Virus record (IMG/VR): IMGVR_UViG_3300044858_003017
Direction: 5' to 3' (one strand)
Length of the DNA stretch: 64,000 nt
Source of the DNA: a virus
Shown here piece by piece: positions 50,346 to 60,623 of the stretch (positions within the stretch are counted from its first letter, which is position 1; every line of letters begins with the position of its first letter). A program made the translations under genes and the position numbers. Below the pieces are notes generated by a model. That model saw nothing but the letters and a program-made list of their open reading frames with translations, was not told where the DNA came from and made no database searches.

Positions 50346-50791
50346 TTGATTCCTTTCAACATTCGCTTTTTATCGCCATCACTATATCCGTACATTGAAA
50401 TAATGCGGTCAATTGATATCTTATCCATCAATTCTAAATAATCTGCAGCTTCTGATTTGCTAGTCTGATAATGCTCTGCAAACTGTGCAATCAATTCCTT
50501 ATCATACTTATCTTCTGATTTGCCTTTGATGTATTTTGCAAAGCTTTTATTGGTAGGCAGAAGATCGTGATATAATTTATAAGTTTCTTGTGGTCGTAAT
50601 TGTCCAATGGTATATGTTTGGAATTCATTGATTAATTCCGTTAATTCCATACGCATTGATAACCATCGATTTACGATGAACGGAGAAAATTTCTTTTGAT
50701 CCGTTTCAGACCATTTCGACCATTCTCGTTTTTTATCAGTTAATCCACTTATTAAATCAAAAATTGTTGCACCTTTCTTTTCTTCTGCCAT
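50342..50791 (-). CDS. clamp loader small subunit (T4 gp62-like)
   Basis: FSPFIVNRWLS, KYIK, EAADYL; near the large subunit. Confidence 0.75.
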   Translation of the reverse strand: MAEEKKGATIFDLISGLTDKKREWSKWSETDQKKFSPFIVNRWLSMRMELTELINEFQTYTIGQLRPQETYKLYHDLLPTNKSFAKYIKGKSEDKYDKELIAQFAEHYQTSKSEAADYLELMDKISIDRIISMYGYSDGDKKRMLKGIK

Positions 50792-50794
50792 TTA

Positions 50795-51010
50795 TTATAA
50801 TTTATATTTTTTACGATATTGTTCTTCTAACTGTTTGCCTATGCCTAATTCTAAAATCACTGCGGTATCTGGTACTCCAATGATACGCTTTGCATCTAAG
50901 ATATCATCTATAGATTTATTGCGAAACGTTTTCATTTTTGTTTTTGCATTGCTTCGATTAGATGATTTAAACACAACCGTTACTGTACTTTTGTGATATG
51001 ATATAGACAT
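50795..51010 (-). CDS. hypothetical protein
   Basis: 71-aa ORF. Confidence 0.65.
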   Translation of the reverse strand: MSISYHKSTVTVVFKSSNRSNAKTKMKTFRNKSIDDILDAKRIIGVPDTAVILELGIGKQLEEQYRKKYKL

Positions 51011-51228
51011 TACTTTTTAACTTTAATTGGTTGAAATTCTTCTGGAACAAATCCACAATCATCACATCTAAATACTGGAATAGGAACTATCGTATCTTTA
51101 TCTGCACCAGTTAAAAATTTAGATACTTTATTGATTGCCATTACTTGACGAAAATACATTCCGTTGCATTCTTTACATGTAATTGGTTGCATATCATTTG
51201 GACCAATATTAACATTTAATTTACTCAT
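51010..51228 (-). CDS. zinc-ribbon protein (start moved to MSKLNV)
   Basis: CKEC...CDDC; start overlaps the clamp-loader stop. Confidence 0.7.
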   Translation of the reverse strand: MSKLNVNIGPNDMQPITCKECNGMYFRQVMAINKVSKFLTGADKDTIVPIPVFRCDDCGFVPEEFQPIKVKK

Positions 51229-52172
51229 AATTCTCCTAATAAATTTACAAACATTGCCATTATATTGATTTCTTTGTCTACTACATTTGCATCTTTGAAT
51301 TGTGCTTCTGCAATAATCAAAATGCAAGATGCAATATGACCATGTGCAAAATCATCTAAATTGTCATATAAAAAAGTATACATTGGAGTAAAGTCTCGTA
51401 CTTTGCTATCTGCAATTACTTGCCGTATTTTATTGAACGATGCCTTTTTATCTTTTGAATTTTTAAGAATCTCCAATATTTCTGTCATGTAATTTGCTTG
51501 TATTGCACTTGCTTTGTCTAATTGCAACGTGTTATTAACAACAGATGCCTGTGCTGCATTGATTGCACGACGAATATCTGGATATGATGCATTGATGATT
51601 GCTGCAACATCCTTGATATCATACGTAACACCCTTTTCATCTAATACTGCAACCAATCGCCTTGCAACATCTGATTTATTTGGTGGAGTAATAGCAAATG
51701 TTTGACAACGAGATTGAATTGGATCAATAATCTTTTCAACATAGTTACATGTTAAGATAAATCTAGTTGTTTTGCTATACGTTTCCATTAAATTGCGAAG
51801 AGCAGCTTGTGCATTTGGTGTCAAATAATCTGCCTCATCTAAAATAATAATTTTCCAACGTCTAAATCCAACAGTAGATGCATATCGCTTAATCTTATCT
51901 CGTACGGCATCTACCGAGTTTTCATCAGATGCATTAATATACATTAAATCTGCATCTACGCTGTTTGCGATTATTTTCGCCAACGTCGTTTTGCCTGTTC
52001 CAGCTGATCCATAAAATAAAAGATGCGGAACATCGCCATTGGAAATAAAGATTTTAACTTTTTCAATAATGTGTTCATTTCCTATATATCCTTCTAAAGT
52101 GTCTGGGCGAAATGATTCCACCCAGAGCGTATTTTCTTGTTGTCCTATCATGTTATTTACCCGTTGAGCCAA
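51225..52172 (-). CDS. clamp loader large subunit (gp44/RFC-like AAA+)
   Basis: LWVESFRP, GSAGTGKT, NASDE, LDEAD, SRC. Confidence 0.93.
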   Translation of the reverse strand: MAQRVNNMIGQQENTLWVESFRPDTLEGYIGNEHIIEKVKIFISNGDVPHLLFYGSAGTGKTTLAKIIANSVDADLMYINASDENSVDAVRDKIKRYASTVGFRRWKIIILDEADYLTPNAQAALRNLMETYSKTTRFILTCNYVEKIIDPIQSRCQTFAITPPNKSDVARRLVAVLDEKGVTYDIKDVAAIINASYPDIRRAINAAQASVVNNTLQLDKASAIQANYMTEILEILKNSKDKKASFNKIRQVIADSKVRDFTPMYTFLYDNLDDFAHGHIASCILIIAEAQFKDANVVDKEINIMAMFVNLLGEL

Positions 52173-52581
52173 ATCCGTGCTGACCTCGTTTTGTTCCTGA
52201 TAATGAATCAGTTAATTCCCATTGAATTCGTTCTACGCGAGCCAAAATCAATTGTGCTATTCGTTCTCCGTTAGCAAATTCTACAACCGTGTTGCTATGA
52301 TTAATTAAAATAACACCAATTTCGCCTCGATAATCAGCATCAATAGTTCCTGGCGTATTTAATACAGTTACCCCGTGTTTCAATGCCAATCCGCTACGAG
52401 GACGAACTTGAATTTCAAACCCTGCAGGTATTTCTACAAACAGGCCTGTTTTTGCCAATACCCGTTCGCCTGGATTCATTACAATATGTTCTGTACATCT
52501 TACATCCATACCGGCACTTTGAGGTGTTTCATATGCCGGCAACACGTTCAATGATTCATTTATTACTTGTACTATCATCAT
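52153..52581 (-). CDS. dut: dUTPase
   Basis: AGMD, RPRSGLA, GTIDADYRGEI, RIAQL, RGQHGFGSTG. Confidence 0.97.
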   Translation of the reverse strand: MMIVQVINESLNVLPAYETPQSAGMDVRCTEHIVMNPGERVLAKTGLFVEIPAGFEIQVRPRSGLALKHGVTVLNTPGTIDADYRGEIGVILINHSNTVVEFANGERIAQLILARVERIQWELTDSLSGTKRGQHGFGSTGK

Positions 52582-52582
52582 A

Positions 52583-53293
52583 TTAATTTTGTAACATTAC
52601 TAACCAATAGGTTGATTCAAAATCTGAACCTTTAAATTCAATTCTAGATAATCCATCCGGAGATACTTTTAATTCTCCTGAATCACCACGATTAGCTACA
52701 AGTACTTCTTTTAATTTGTCTGCCGAAAAACAAACCGGATCCATATTGTCAATATTAGTGGGGCCAACTTCAAAAGAAATATTATCTGCATTTACCGTTG
52801 TATAATTGATAATGAATTTTACTTGTCCATTAATTACTTGCACTGCAAAATTCTTTGCATCAGGTAATGCATTTTTTGCTTTGATAAATTTGCTAACAAA
52901 TTCTTCATTAACCGGAATGGTTACTTGATAATCAGGTTCTGCATTGATTGATGGTACTGCGGGAATAACTGTCGTGTCAGCTAACATGAAAGTTGCTTGT
53001 GTGCTACCTTCTGAAATTTTCATAGCATAATTCTTACCTGCCGCATCTTTTACATCGATTGCAATATTTTCACCTAATGCTCCTAGCATTTTAATCAATG
53101 CTCCAGTGTGGTTAATACCCAACATACCTTTCATAAAAGGAGTCGTATTCCATTTAATTTTACCTACTACGGTTTGATCCATATCAATCAATTCACAATT
53201 AATTGAATTTTCTTGTTCTTTTAAGATAACCGCTTCGCAGTTTCCTGCTAAATAATAACGATTAATGAACGATTGTAACTTGCTTTTTTCCAT
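52583..53293 (-). CDS. putative DNA sliding clamp (gp45-like)
   Basis: 236 aa, C-terminal TYWLV strand, near clamp loader. Confidence 0.65.
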   Translation of the reverse strand: MEKSKLQSFINRYYLAGNCEAVILKEQENSINCELIDMDQTVVGKIKWNTTPFMKGMLGINHTGALIKMLGALGENIAIDVKDAAGKNYAMKISEGSTQATFMLADTTVIPAVPSINAEPDYQVTIPVNEEFVSKFIKAKNALPDAKNFAVQVINGQVKFIINYTTVNADNISFEVGPTNIDNMDPVCFSADKLKEVLVANRGDSGELKVSPDGLSRIEFKGSDFESTYWLVMLQN

Positions 53294-53306
53294 TATTTAT
53301 TCCAAT

Positions 53307-54566
53307 TTAAAATGTAAAGAATTTATTAAAATTTTCTGCATCGGTAGTCGATATACTGCTACCACCGAATTTTTTATATGTTTTGATGTATTTTTCATAT
53401 ACTTGCGGCGCCGAATCCGGATCTGCAAACATTTCATGTAATGACAAAATTACATCGTATAAGTCTCTTGGTATTACTGTTTCTAACAATTCCACGTGAC
53501 TATCAACCAATTGATTGATTTCATTTGCTGCCTGTACATACAAATGCGTATTGTGAACTACCATTCTTGGCATAGCTTCCTGTGAATAACGATCTAAACC
53601 TGCATCTGTCTTTCCGCCTAGCAATTCATATGTAAAATCTTTACAGGCAGGACAACCTAATGCACAAGGAACATGTTGAGTTAAATCAATTGCAACCTCT
53701 CCGGTTTTACCTTGTTTGATATGTGCCTTTCTGCGATATTCAGCATTCTTCGGAAAATACAATTCAGAAAATGTTTGTGACTTGTAATTTGTTGAATGCA
53801 AATATGTTCCAAATACTGGATATTGACCCGGAGAAGAAGAATCTGTTGTAATATAAATTCTATTTCCGGTATGCGCATTCATCAATTTTTGCAATGTAGC
53901 CAAAATAAAGAAATCTGATATTTTGCTAATGCCTAACAAGTGAACATATTCTAATCGTTTATTTTCAAATTCGCGCTCTTTAAGCATCAAAGAAACCGCA
54001 AACATGAAATCAACTAATTTTTGCGGGCCTCCAATCGCCCAACCTTGAAAATCAAAATGCTTAAATTTATGATACCACCAAGTATATTCATCGGTATTTG
54101 AACCTTGCAACATGTTTAAGAATTTTGTCTTACCGCTTTGATGTTTTTCAAACCAAGCAAAATTATCAAAACTAATGTCAGCACAATGTGCAAATTGATT
54201 GCGATATTTTGTTTTAGGTGGGATATCTAAGTTAGCTGCTACATCGCTATTTGCTTCTAACCAATGAAATATCTTTTCTCGTAATTCATTGCTATATGGT
54301 AATGCACCCGTTGCAATCTGATAACCTCCTGAGTCACCAAATACTAGCACATCTTTTTCTAATCCCAATTGATCGCGAAAATCCATTTTCTTGTAATGAT
54401 GCCCTGCCGTAACCAGAAAGTATGGATGTCTCCATTCTGCAGGATATCTAGAATCAAAGAATTTTACTGGATCGCCGCTTTCGAACTTCATATCTTTCTT
54501 AAATGCAGATACCATAGATCCTGCAGATAAAGATGGAAAGTATATGAATCTTTTATTTTCTGCCAT
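53307..54566 (-). CDS. dpdA: TGT-fold guanine transglycosylase, DpdA-like
   Basis: DSGGYQ, LDIPP, LQG, WAIGG, HLLG, DSSS and C-x2-C-x2-C...H zinc site; linked to folE/queD/queE. Confidence 0.8.
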   Translation of the reverse strand: MAENKRFIYFPSLSAGSMVSAFKKDMKFESGDPVKFFDSRYPAEWRHPYFLVTAGHHYKKMDFRDQLGLEKDVLVFGDSGGYQIATGALPYSNELREKIFHWLEANSDVAANLDIPPKTKYRNQFAHCADISFDNFAWFEKHQSGKTKFLNMLQGSNTDEYTWWYHKFKHFDFQGWAIGGPQKLVDFMFAVSLMLKEREFENKRLEYVHLLGISKISDFFILATLQKLMNAHTGNRIYITTDSSSPGQYPVFGTYLHSTNYKSQTFSELYFPKNAEYRRKAHIKQGKTGEVAIDLTQHVPCALGCPACKDFTYELLGGKTDAGLDRYSQEAMPRMVVHNTHLYVQAANEINQLVDSHVELLETVIPRDLYDVILSLHEMFADPDSAPQVYEKYIKTYKKFGGSSISTTDAENFNKFFTF

Positions 54567-55581
54567 CGTATTCCTTTAGTTTATTAATTAATTTAGTTGC
54601 TGAAAAAAATTTATTATGTAATTTGTCTACCAATTGTGTAATTTGTCCAGCTATATTGTGTTGTTCATATCGCAATATTGCTGCTACCGCTTCATCTACA
54701 CTGTCTGCTTGTTTAAACATTGGGTCATACATTTCTGTATATGATAATCGATTTGGAACAATTGGACATGCTCCTGCGCACGCTGATTCATACATTGAAA
54801 TGCCCAATGTTTCTTGATCTGCAAATGACACTGCAAATTTAGCTCGACGAAGCAATTCGTGATATTCTGTTTTTGTCAAATTCATTTCCATTGCTACACA
54901 AAATTGATAATGTGCCAATTCTGGTCGAGCAGCTAATTCTTGAAATAAATCTAAACGTTTCTCTGGTGCAATGCGATGCGGAAACACAATGATATCTTCT
55001 TTTAATACCCAACGCTTTGGTTCAATCATATTGCGTGTATATTCCATGGGCCAACCTGTCTTATTGAAAGTTGGATCATGATATATATCATATGTTTTAT
55101 TCATTAAATCAAAATGTGCCTTAGTTGCCAACCAATTATGTTCGTATGATGCAATCATTGCTTGTTCAGCGTGTCGTATCCATGGTTTATCTCCTACGAG
55201 ACGACCTAAAAAGTCATTTGGGTCATATGAACCCGCGTGCCAAAGTCCGTGCGTTACAACAGGAATATTTAAAAGTTCACTCATATATTTTACATTGACA
55301 ATACCCGGATGCCAAGCATCTGTAAAAATGATATGGTCGCCTGCTTGTATTTTTCCTTGCGTAAACCATGATGCCAATTTATGTACTTGCGTTGACTTAT
55401 ACATATTGGTACCGCCGAAATTCAAAAAGGCACCTGGTGTTGCAGCTTCTGGAATTGTAGTATCGCCCTCAACTACTTCAACATCAAATCCATTGTCTCG
55501 AAGCAATTGCGGTACATGATTTTTCCATTCGCAAGTATAGCGAGTTGGAACTGATTCTATGTCTACTAAATATATTTTCAT
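54553..55581 (-). CDS. GT-B glycosyltransferase within the deazaguanine cassette
   Basis: FPHRIAPEK, QETLGISMYE, P-x-R-L-S-Y-x-E. Confidence 0.8.
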   Translation of the reverse strand: MKIYLVDIESVPTRYTCEWKNHVPQLLRDNGFDVEVVEGDTTIPEAATPGAFLNFGGTNMYKSTQVHKLASWFTQGKIQAGDHIIFTDAWHPGIVNVKYMSELLNIPVVTHGLWHAGSYDPNDFLGRLVGDKPWIRHAEQAMIASYEHNWLATKAHFDLMNKTYDIYHDPTFNKTGWPMEYTRNMIEPKRWVLKEDIIVFPHRIAPEKRLDLFQELAARPELAHYQFCVAMEMNLTKTEYHELLRRAKFAVSFADQETLGISMYESACAGACPIVPNRLSYTEMYDPMFKQADSVDEAVAAILRYEQHNIAGQITQLVDKLHNKFFSATKLINKLKEYDGRK

Positions 55582-55937
55582 GCTTTAGATCGTTTTATGA
55601 TTGCACCATTTTCCCAATCTTCCCACACTTCTACTTTATAAAGAGACGGGAATTGTTCTAGTAACCATTCTCCAATTGCCTCGCAACTCATTGAGCCAAA
55701 TTCTAATACGTTAGTCGTATCCTCAGTAAACCCAATTCGAAGTTCTTTTTGAATTGCACGATTCAACAAAATAAATTCTTCATCACGATCTGTATGCGTT
55801 ACTCGTGCATAACAACGGAATCCAAACATATGTCGATGGCGTTCTGATAAAAATGCTACTTCCGGAAAAACGTCTTTTGCATCGGGCCAACAATGGAACC
55901 CTTCGATACTAAATGTTACTACTACGCTGTACTTCAT
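55578..55937 (-). CDS. dpdL: QueD-paralog T-fold protein, DpdL-like (putative CDG decarboxylase)
   Basis: LSERHRHMF fits LxxxHRHxF (DpdL signature as I recall it); SCEAI; VWEDWENGA. Confidence 0.65.
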   Translation of the reverse strand: MKYSVVVTFSIEGFHCWPDAKDVFPEVAFLSERHRHMFGFRCYARVTHTDRDEEFILLNRAIQKELRIGFTEDTTNVLEFGSMSCEAIGEWLLEQFPSLYKVEVWEDWENGAIIKRSKA

Positions 55938-56340
55938 CTGCTATTAATTTTTTATATTTAGTTGTTGACCAACCGTGGTCTCTGTTTAAGTATTGAATTG
56001 GAAGATCTAAATCATCGCCCGTAAATTTCTTTCCGACGTAATCATCACCTAAATACCGAACATATTCGGCGGATTTGTTTTCAGCAAACCGCTTTAATTT
56101 ATAATGCAATTCCGATTCCAATGTATATGGAATAACATGATTAACGTGTCGCAATGCAATCAACATCGATGTTCGATCTTTAACTGAAAGAACTGGTTTC
56201 ATTTTTTCGGGACGTTCAATCGTTGGATCGGTTTGGAGCAATACCCATATCTGATCACATTCATCTTCCATTTGTTCAAACATTTCAATGTAGCCTGGAT
56301 GTAATACATCGAAACTACCGGCAATAAGTCCTATCTTCAT
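55909..56340 (-). CDS. cytidylyltransferase-like (TagD-type) nucleotidyltransferase
   Basis: GSFDVLHPGY (HxGH variant), LGDDY, RDHGWSTT. Confidence 0.85.
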   Translation of the reverse strand: MKIGLIAGSFDVLHPGYIEMFEQMEDECDQIWVLLQTDPTIERPEKMKPVLSVKDRTSMLIALRHVNHVIPYTLESELHYKLKRFAENKSAEYVRYLGDDYVGKKFTGDDLDLPIQYLNRDHGWSTTKYKKLIADEVQRSSNI

Positions 56341-56759
56341 TGTCTATCAAATTTATAGTCATCTGGAGTAACTTGTTGCATATTGTGAACCGTTGTGCAA
56401 TATAAAGAATAATCTGCATACACAACTTTGATGCTATCTGTTTGTTTTAACAATGCAGCATCTTCACAATCTAACATCAATAAAATGTGTGCTCTAATTC
56501 TAATCATAGGTGGTACGTGTTTTAACATACCAGGAGTAACTTCTATGGTAACAAATGTAGTATCTGTTATCATTGCAAATACCGAATCCCATGATTGATT
56601 TTTAATTAATTGCTCTGTTGCCGGAGAACAAAAATAAATGTGTGCACAAGGTGTTAATTTTTTATACATTGCCTTGACATCTGCAATAAACAATGTTTCG
56701 ATATCTGTAAAGCGTCCTTCAACTTCTTTACCATACCAATGCGTTCTATAACCAATCAT
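56337..56759 (-). CDS. hypothetical protein heading the modification cassette
   Basis: 140-aa ORF; promoter at about 56763-56794. Confidence 0.75.
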   Translation of the reverse strand: MIGYRTHWYGKEVEGRFTDIETLFIADVKAMYKKLTPCAHIYFCSPATEQLIKNQSWDSVFAMITDTTFVTIEVTPGMLKHVPPMIRIRAHILLMLDCEDAALLKQTDSIKVVYADYSLYCTTVHNMQQVTPDDYKFDRQ

Positions 56760-56782
56760 ATTATATTATAATGAATTTATTC

Positions 56783-59299
56783 TTATTTTCCAAATGAAAA
56801 GAATTTTGCTACCGAATTATTTTCTGGAAATGCACCCCAATTCATTGCAGCATAAAAATCATCAAGTTTATTTTTCAATTCCTTTTCAAAGATTTTATTG
56901 CGGTCAATATATTGTGCAACGAAATCGATGGTTTGTTGTGGATCTTCATATCCTCGCAATGCCATCGTATCGAAGCCAAATGGATTATCTGACAAATATG
57001 CCCATTTTACTTTTTCACCATTTTGAATAGGTTGAATATCTCGAATGCCATACATTGATAACAAATCATTGAAATTGATTGCAGATTTAACGTGTGCCGG
57101 AGTACCTTTCTCATATCCAGTAAATGGTTTGCGGCCTTTTGTAAATTTTGATATTTCTTTGACTCCAGAATTTTTCATTACATTTAATACCGGAGATGAT
57201 TTTAATCCAGATTTAAATTTGTGAATCATATCCGTAGTTTCGGTTTTATCCTTTTCCTTTAACACGTGCCACAATGTTTCTTTCATGATTTTTTTGAAAT
57301 CTTCTGGAAATGACGACCTAACAACATCTAATCCTTTGATATCAAGTTTATCCGTAGGTTTACCTTCTTTAAAAATAACCCATTGTGCATATCTCTTTTT
57401 AGCAATCCATAAACCAGACTTTGCAACATATTCTTGTTTGATTTGCCAACGATGTGATTCGGTATTGTGAAATACAACGGCATATCGGTCATACATTGTG
57501 TTTACTAACTTTTGTACTTCTGATGCAATTGCATTGGTTTGGTCAATCATAAATTGTTCATCTGATTCATCAAATCCAGGAAACCGCTTTTCAATAAGTG
57601 GTAAGCTAGATACGAATGTTGAATCTGTATCTGTGTAAAAAGCAAATTCTGCTTTACCATTGGTTGCATTAATAAAATGATCTTGTCCCGTTTCTTTTGC
57701 ATAATGATTGTTAATTACCTTTGCTGAAAATTTAATTACACTTTGACCCGTAGCGGTAATTGCACCTGCATTATCTAAATCGTGAAAGCGAAATGTTTTG
57801 AGTCCTAATACTCCATAAAATGAATTAAGCAATACTTTTTGTGTTAATTGCAATGCATCGTAGAATTTATATTCTTCTGTTCCAACTGCATATTCATCTC
57901 GTTTGTCTTTATATGTAACCCGTTCATCAAACCATTTTTCTAGAATCGTCGGTAAGAAGCCTTTGATGTCTGTACGATACACTGCACCATTACTTGCAAC
58001 GGTATGTTGTTTGTCTTGCAACCATTGCTTAACATTTTGTACATATGTGCCATCAACAAATTTAGCTTGTTGTGCATCGTCTTTCAATAAGCATTCTTGA
58101 TTCCAATTTGAAATAACACCTATTTTAGTTTCTGGTGAAATATTCAAACTCATGATGATGCTTGGATATAGTGACGTTAAATCTAAGTCATAAATCCATT
58201 TATACAATCCTGGTATTGGATCTTTTACATATGCTCCTGCAAGTGCATCGGCTTCTGATTCTTCTTCAACAAATCTAAATTGTTTGTTGGGAGCAACTAA
58301 TCCATTGCGTTTTAAATCTACAATCGCTGCACCATCTAAGTATTTGGATGCATAATACACATCTTCATATGGAACATGTCCTTTATGGCATATGGTCCTT
58401 GCAAGTGCAATTAATTGCAGCTTTTCATCCATTTCGTAAATAAGGTCAACGTCTGTTACGTTATATTCAACAAATTTGTGAATGTCCGTTGCAAACAATT
58501 GATCCAAATCTCCATCATATTCAACTTTACCTCTGCCCAATTCTTTTTTTGCAACAGTATCCAAACGATAATTTGGTAACTCGGTATATGTAAACTTTTT
58601 GTATAATGTTAAGTAATCTAAACTAGATACACCAAATATTTTGTATCTTTCTCGATTCTTGTTCCATTCAACAATACCTGCGGGAGATAATTTTTTAACT
58701 GCCTGTGCACCTAATACTTTTTTGATGCGATTAACAAGATATGGAATATCGAAATTATCTGTATTCCAACCCGTAATTACTGTGGGTTGTATTTCTGCAA
58801 ATGCATTAATGAACCGCATGAGCATTGTTGCTTCAGAATCAAATATTTCCACATCATATTTATTAGTAGAAAATGAATCGTGTTTTACTCTTCTTGCTTC
58901 ATCTAACAACAAAACTTTCATGGTACGCCCAGCTTTATCATAATATGCAATGGACGTTATTTGTGAACGAGCTTCATCAGGAGTCGAATACCCATCTTCG
59001 TCCCGTTCTACTTCGATATCAAAGAAAAAGTCTCTATGTCCTTTTGAAACTAAATCGCTTTCGTAATAAAGGTCAATAAGCGTACGCATTTCTTCATTTA
59101 AATCTGATTCATATGCGGATGAGTTATCTCTCCAATTGCCATCTACCTTCGATAATCTAACTCCATCCAAAGATTGATGTTGTCCCGAATCATCTGGCAA
59201 ATATGCATATGGTTTGAATGGAAACTTTTGATGTCCCAATTCATCATCCCATATGTGCATAATGCCATTCTTTTTGTCGTAACCTATTGCTTGATACAT
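56783..59299 (-). CDS. family B DNA polymerase
   Basis: FDIE exonuclease motif, DLTSLYPS, KVLLNSFYG, YTDTDS, KKRY. Confidence 0.97.
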   Translation of the reverse strand: MYQAIGYDKKNGIMHIWDDELGHQKFPFKPYAYLPDDSGQHQSLDGVRLSKVDGNWRDNSSAYESDLNEEMRTLIDLYYESDLVSKGHRDFFFDIEVERDEDGYSTPDEARSQITSIAYYDKAGRTMKVLLLDEARRVKHDSFSTNKYDVEIFDSEATMLMRFINAFAEIQPTVITGWNTDNFDIPYLVNRIKKVLGAQAVKKLSPAGIVEWNKNRERYKIFGVSSLDYLTLYKKFTYTELPNYRLDTVAKKELGRGKVEYDGDLDQLFATDIHKFVEYNVTDVDLIYEMDEKLQLIALARTICHKGHVPYEDVYYASKYLDGAAIVDLKRNGLVAPNKQFRFVEEESEADALAGAYVKDPIPGLYKWIYDLDLTSLYPSIIMSLNISPETKIGVISNWNQECLLKDDAQQAKFVDGTYVQNVKQWLQDKQHTVASNGAVYRTDIKGFLPTILEKWFDERVTYKDKRDEYAVGTEEYKFYDALQLTQKVLLNSFYGVLGLKTFRFHDLDNAGAITATGQSVIKFSAKVINNHYAKETGQDHFINATNGKAEFAFYTDTDSTFVSSLPLIEKRFPGFDESDEQFMIDQTNAIASEVQKLVNTMYDRYAVVFHNTESHRWQIKQEYVAKSGLWIAKKRYAQWVIFKEGKPTDKLDIKGLDVVRSSFPEDFKKIMKETLWHVLKEKDKTETTDMIHKFKSGLKSSPVLNVMKNSGVKEISKFTKGRKPFTGYEKGTPAHVKSAINFNDLLSMYGIRDIQPIQNGEKVKWAYLSDNPFGFDTMALRGYEDPQQTIDFVAQYIDRNKIFEKELKNKLDDFYAAMNWGAFPENNSVAKFFSFGK

Positions 59300-59805
59300 T
59301 AATTAACCTTGTATATGTCTTGTAATTCTCGTTTTAATCCGTTGTCATCTAATCCGTAACCAACTACCCATTCATTATCAATTTCAAATCCATGAAAGTT
59401 AGTTAAATCTACTCCACCTTTGCGTTTTAACAATGTGACAACTTTTACGCATTCTGGAATTCTACTATTTACCATAAATAACATTTCCATGATGCTGGTT
59501 CCGGAGTCACAAATATCATCTATAATATAAACTCTTTTACCGCGAAGTTCCAACTCAATTGTTTTAGTTATTAAAACTCCTCCAGAATTATCTCGTTTGT
59601 CATAAGATTTTAATCGCGCAAAATCAATTTCATGGTCAATTTTTATAGCTCTACTTAAATCTGAAAAGAAATGTATAGCACCATTAAGTACGCAAATTAA
59701 TACTGGTGGCATAATGTTGCCGGATTCGATGTGGTCTAAAGAAATTGCTTCTGCTAATTCTTTAACACGTTGTTGTATTTGTTTTTGTGTTATGAGTTTT
59801 TCCAT
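59299..59805 (-). CDS. hpt: hypoxanthine/guanine phosphoribosyltransferase
   Basis: CVLNGA, IIDDICDSGTS PRPP loop, WVVGYGLD. Confidence 0.92.
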   Translation of the reverse strand: MEKLITQKQIQQRVKELAEAISLDHIESGNIMPPVLICVLNGAIHFFSDLSRAIKIDHEIDFARLKSYDKRDNSGGVLITKTIELELRGKRVYIIDDICDSGTSIMEMLFMVNSRIPECVKVVTLLKRKGGVDLTNFHGFEIDNEWVVGYGLDDNGLKRELQDIYKVN

Positions 59806-60011
59806 ATTCTATAAATTCCGTATACATTGATTGCAATAATAACTAAACTTAAAACTAGATGACTGTAATTGTCAATAAAAAAATCATATGTAATCCACCC
59901 AGTATCTCCAATGATCCAAGTAATCATTGCGGCTTTTGTCCAGCCTTTTGCATTTGAAATGTAACCAGCTAATACCAAAGCCGTACTAATCCATCCTAAA
60001 ATTTCTATCAT
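59790..60011 (-). CDS. small three-TM membrane protein
   Basis: hydrophobic 73-aa ORF. Confidence 0.7.
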   Translation of the reverse strand: MIEILGWISTALVLAGYISNAKGWTKAAMITWIIGDTGWITYDFFIDNYSHLVLSLVIIAINVYGIYRIWKNS

Positions 60012-60304
60012 TATTGTTTAATTAAGGCAATTTCTGATTCTCTTACTAAATGATATTTTTCTCCGGCAATTGAAATTTCTTTGTGATCTCCAATTTGGTT
60101 GGAATGAATCATAACTTCATTTCCTTCTTGAACTGCCATTGGAATTCTATCACCAGTTTGCGTAAAAAGACCTGGTCCTGTTTTTACTACATCAGCATAA
60201 CGATACTCATCTGTACCTGTCATAATGATAATACCACTTTGTGTTTTGTCTGTCTTTTCTTGTAATTTTAATAAAACCTGATCTCCAGTTGGTAACCAAT
60301 TCAT
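60011..60304 (-). CDS. groES: co-chaperonin GroES
   Basis: PTGDQVLL, TQSGIII mobile loop, TGPG, VRESEI. Confidence 0.9.
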   Translation of the reverse strand: MNWLPTGDQVLLKLQEKTDKTQSGIIIMTGTDEYRYADVVKTGPGLFTQTGDRIPMAVQEGNEVMIHSNQIGDHKEISIAGEKYHLVRESEIALIKQ

Positions 60305-60318
60305 AACTTATTCCTTTT

Positions 60319-60564
60319 TTAATTAAACATTTTTCTAATTGCATCTTCCGTAATGTTGTTTCCAACGATGCGCCCTATTCCATAATCATTCATTGTGATG
60401 ATTACACACGGAACACTTTTAACTCCATACTTATCGCAAGTTGCTTTATTTGCATCTACATCGATAATTTGTATAGGAAGCTCTGCAGATAATCGTTCTA
60501 TTCTTGGTCGCAATGCTTTACATGGCTCGCACCAAGATGCTGTAAAATAAAGTATTTTTTTCAT
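60319..60564 (-). CDS. thioredoxin
   Basis: FTASWCEPCK, IDVD, SVP. Confidence 0.9.
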   Translation of the reverse strand: MKKILYFTASWCEPCKALRPRIERLSAELPIQIIDVDANKATCDKYGVKSVPCVIITMNDYGIGRIVGNNITEDAIRKMFN

Positions 60565-60623
60565 CGTGTTATCTCGTATATAATTTTAATATCGCCAATG
60601 GTCGTTGTTGTATAATACATCAT
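60561..60623 (-). CDS. possible 20-aa peptide MMYYTTTTIGDIKIIYEITR
   Basis: ATGA overlap with both queE stop and thioredoxin start. Confidence 0.4.
   Translation of the reverse strand: MMYYTTTTIGDIKIIYEITR

Noticed and set aside
56783-59299. Intein or intron in DNA polymerase (also checked thyA)
   Set aside because: Both ORFs are continuous with motifs in order; thyA has only short insertions
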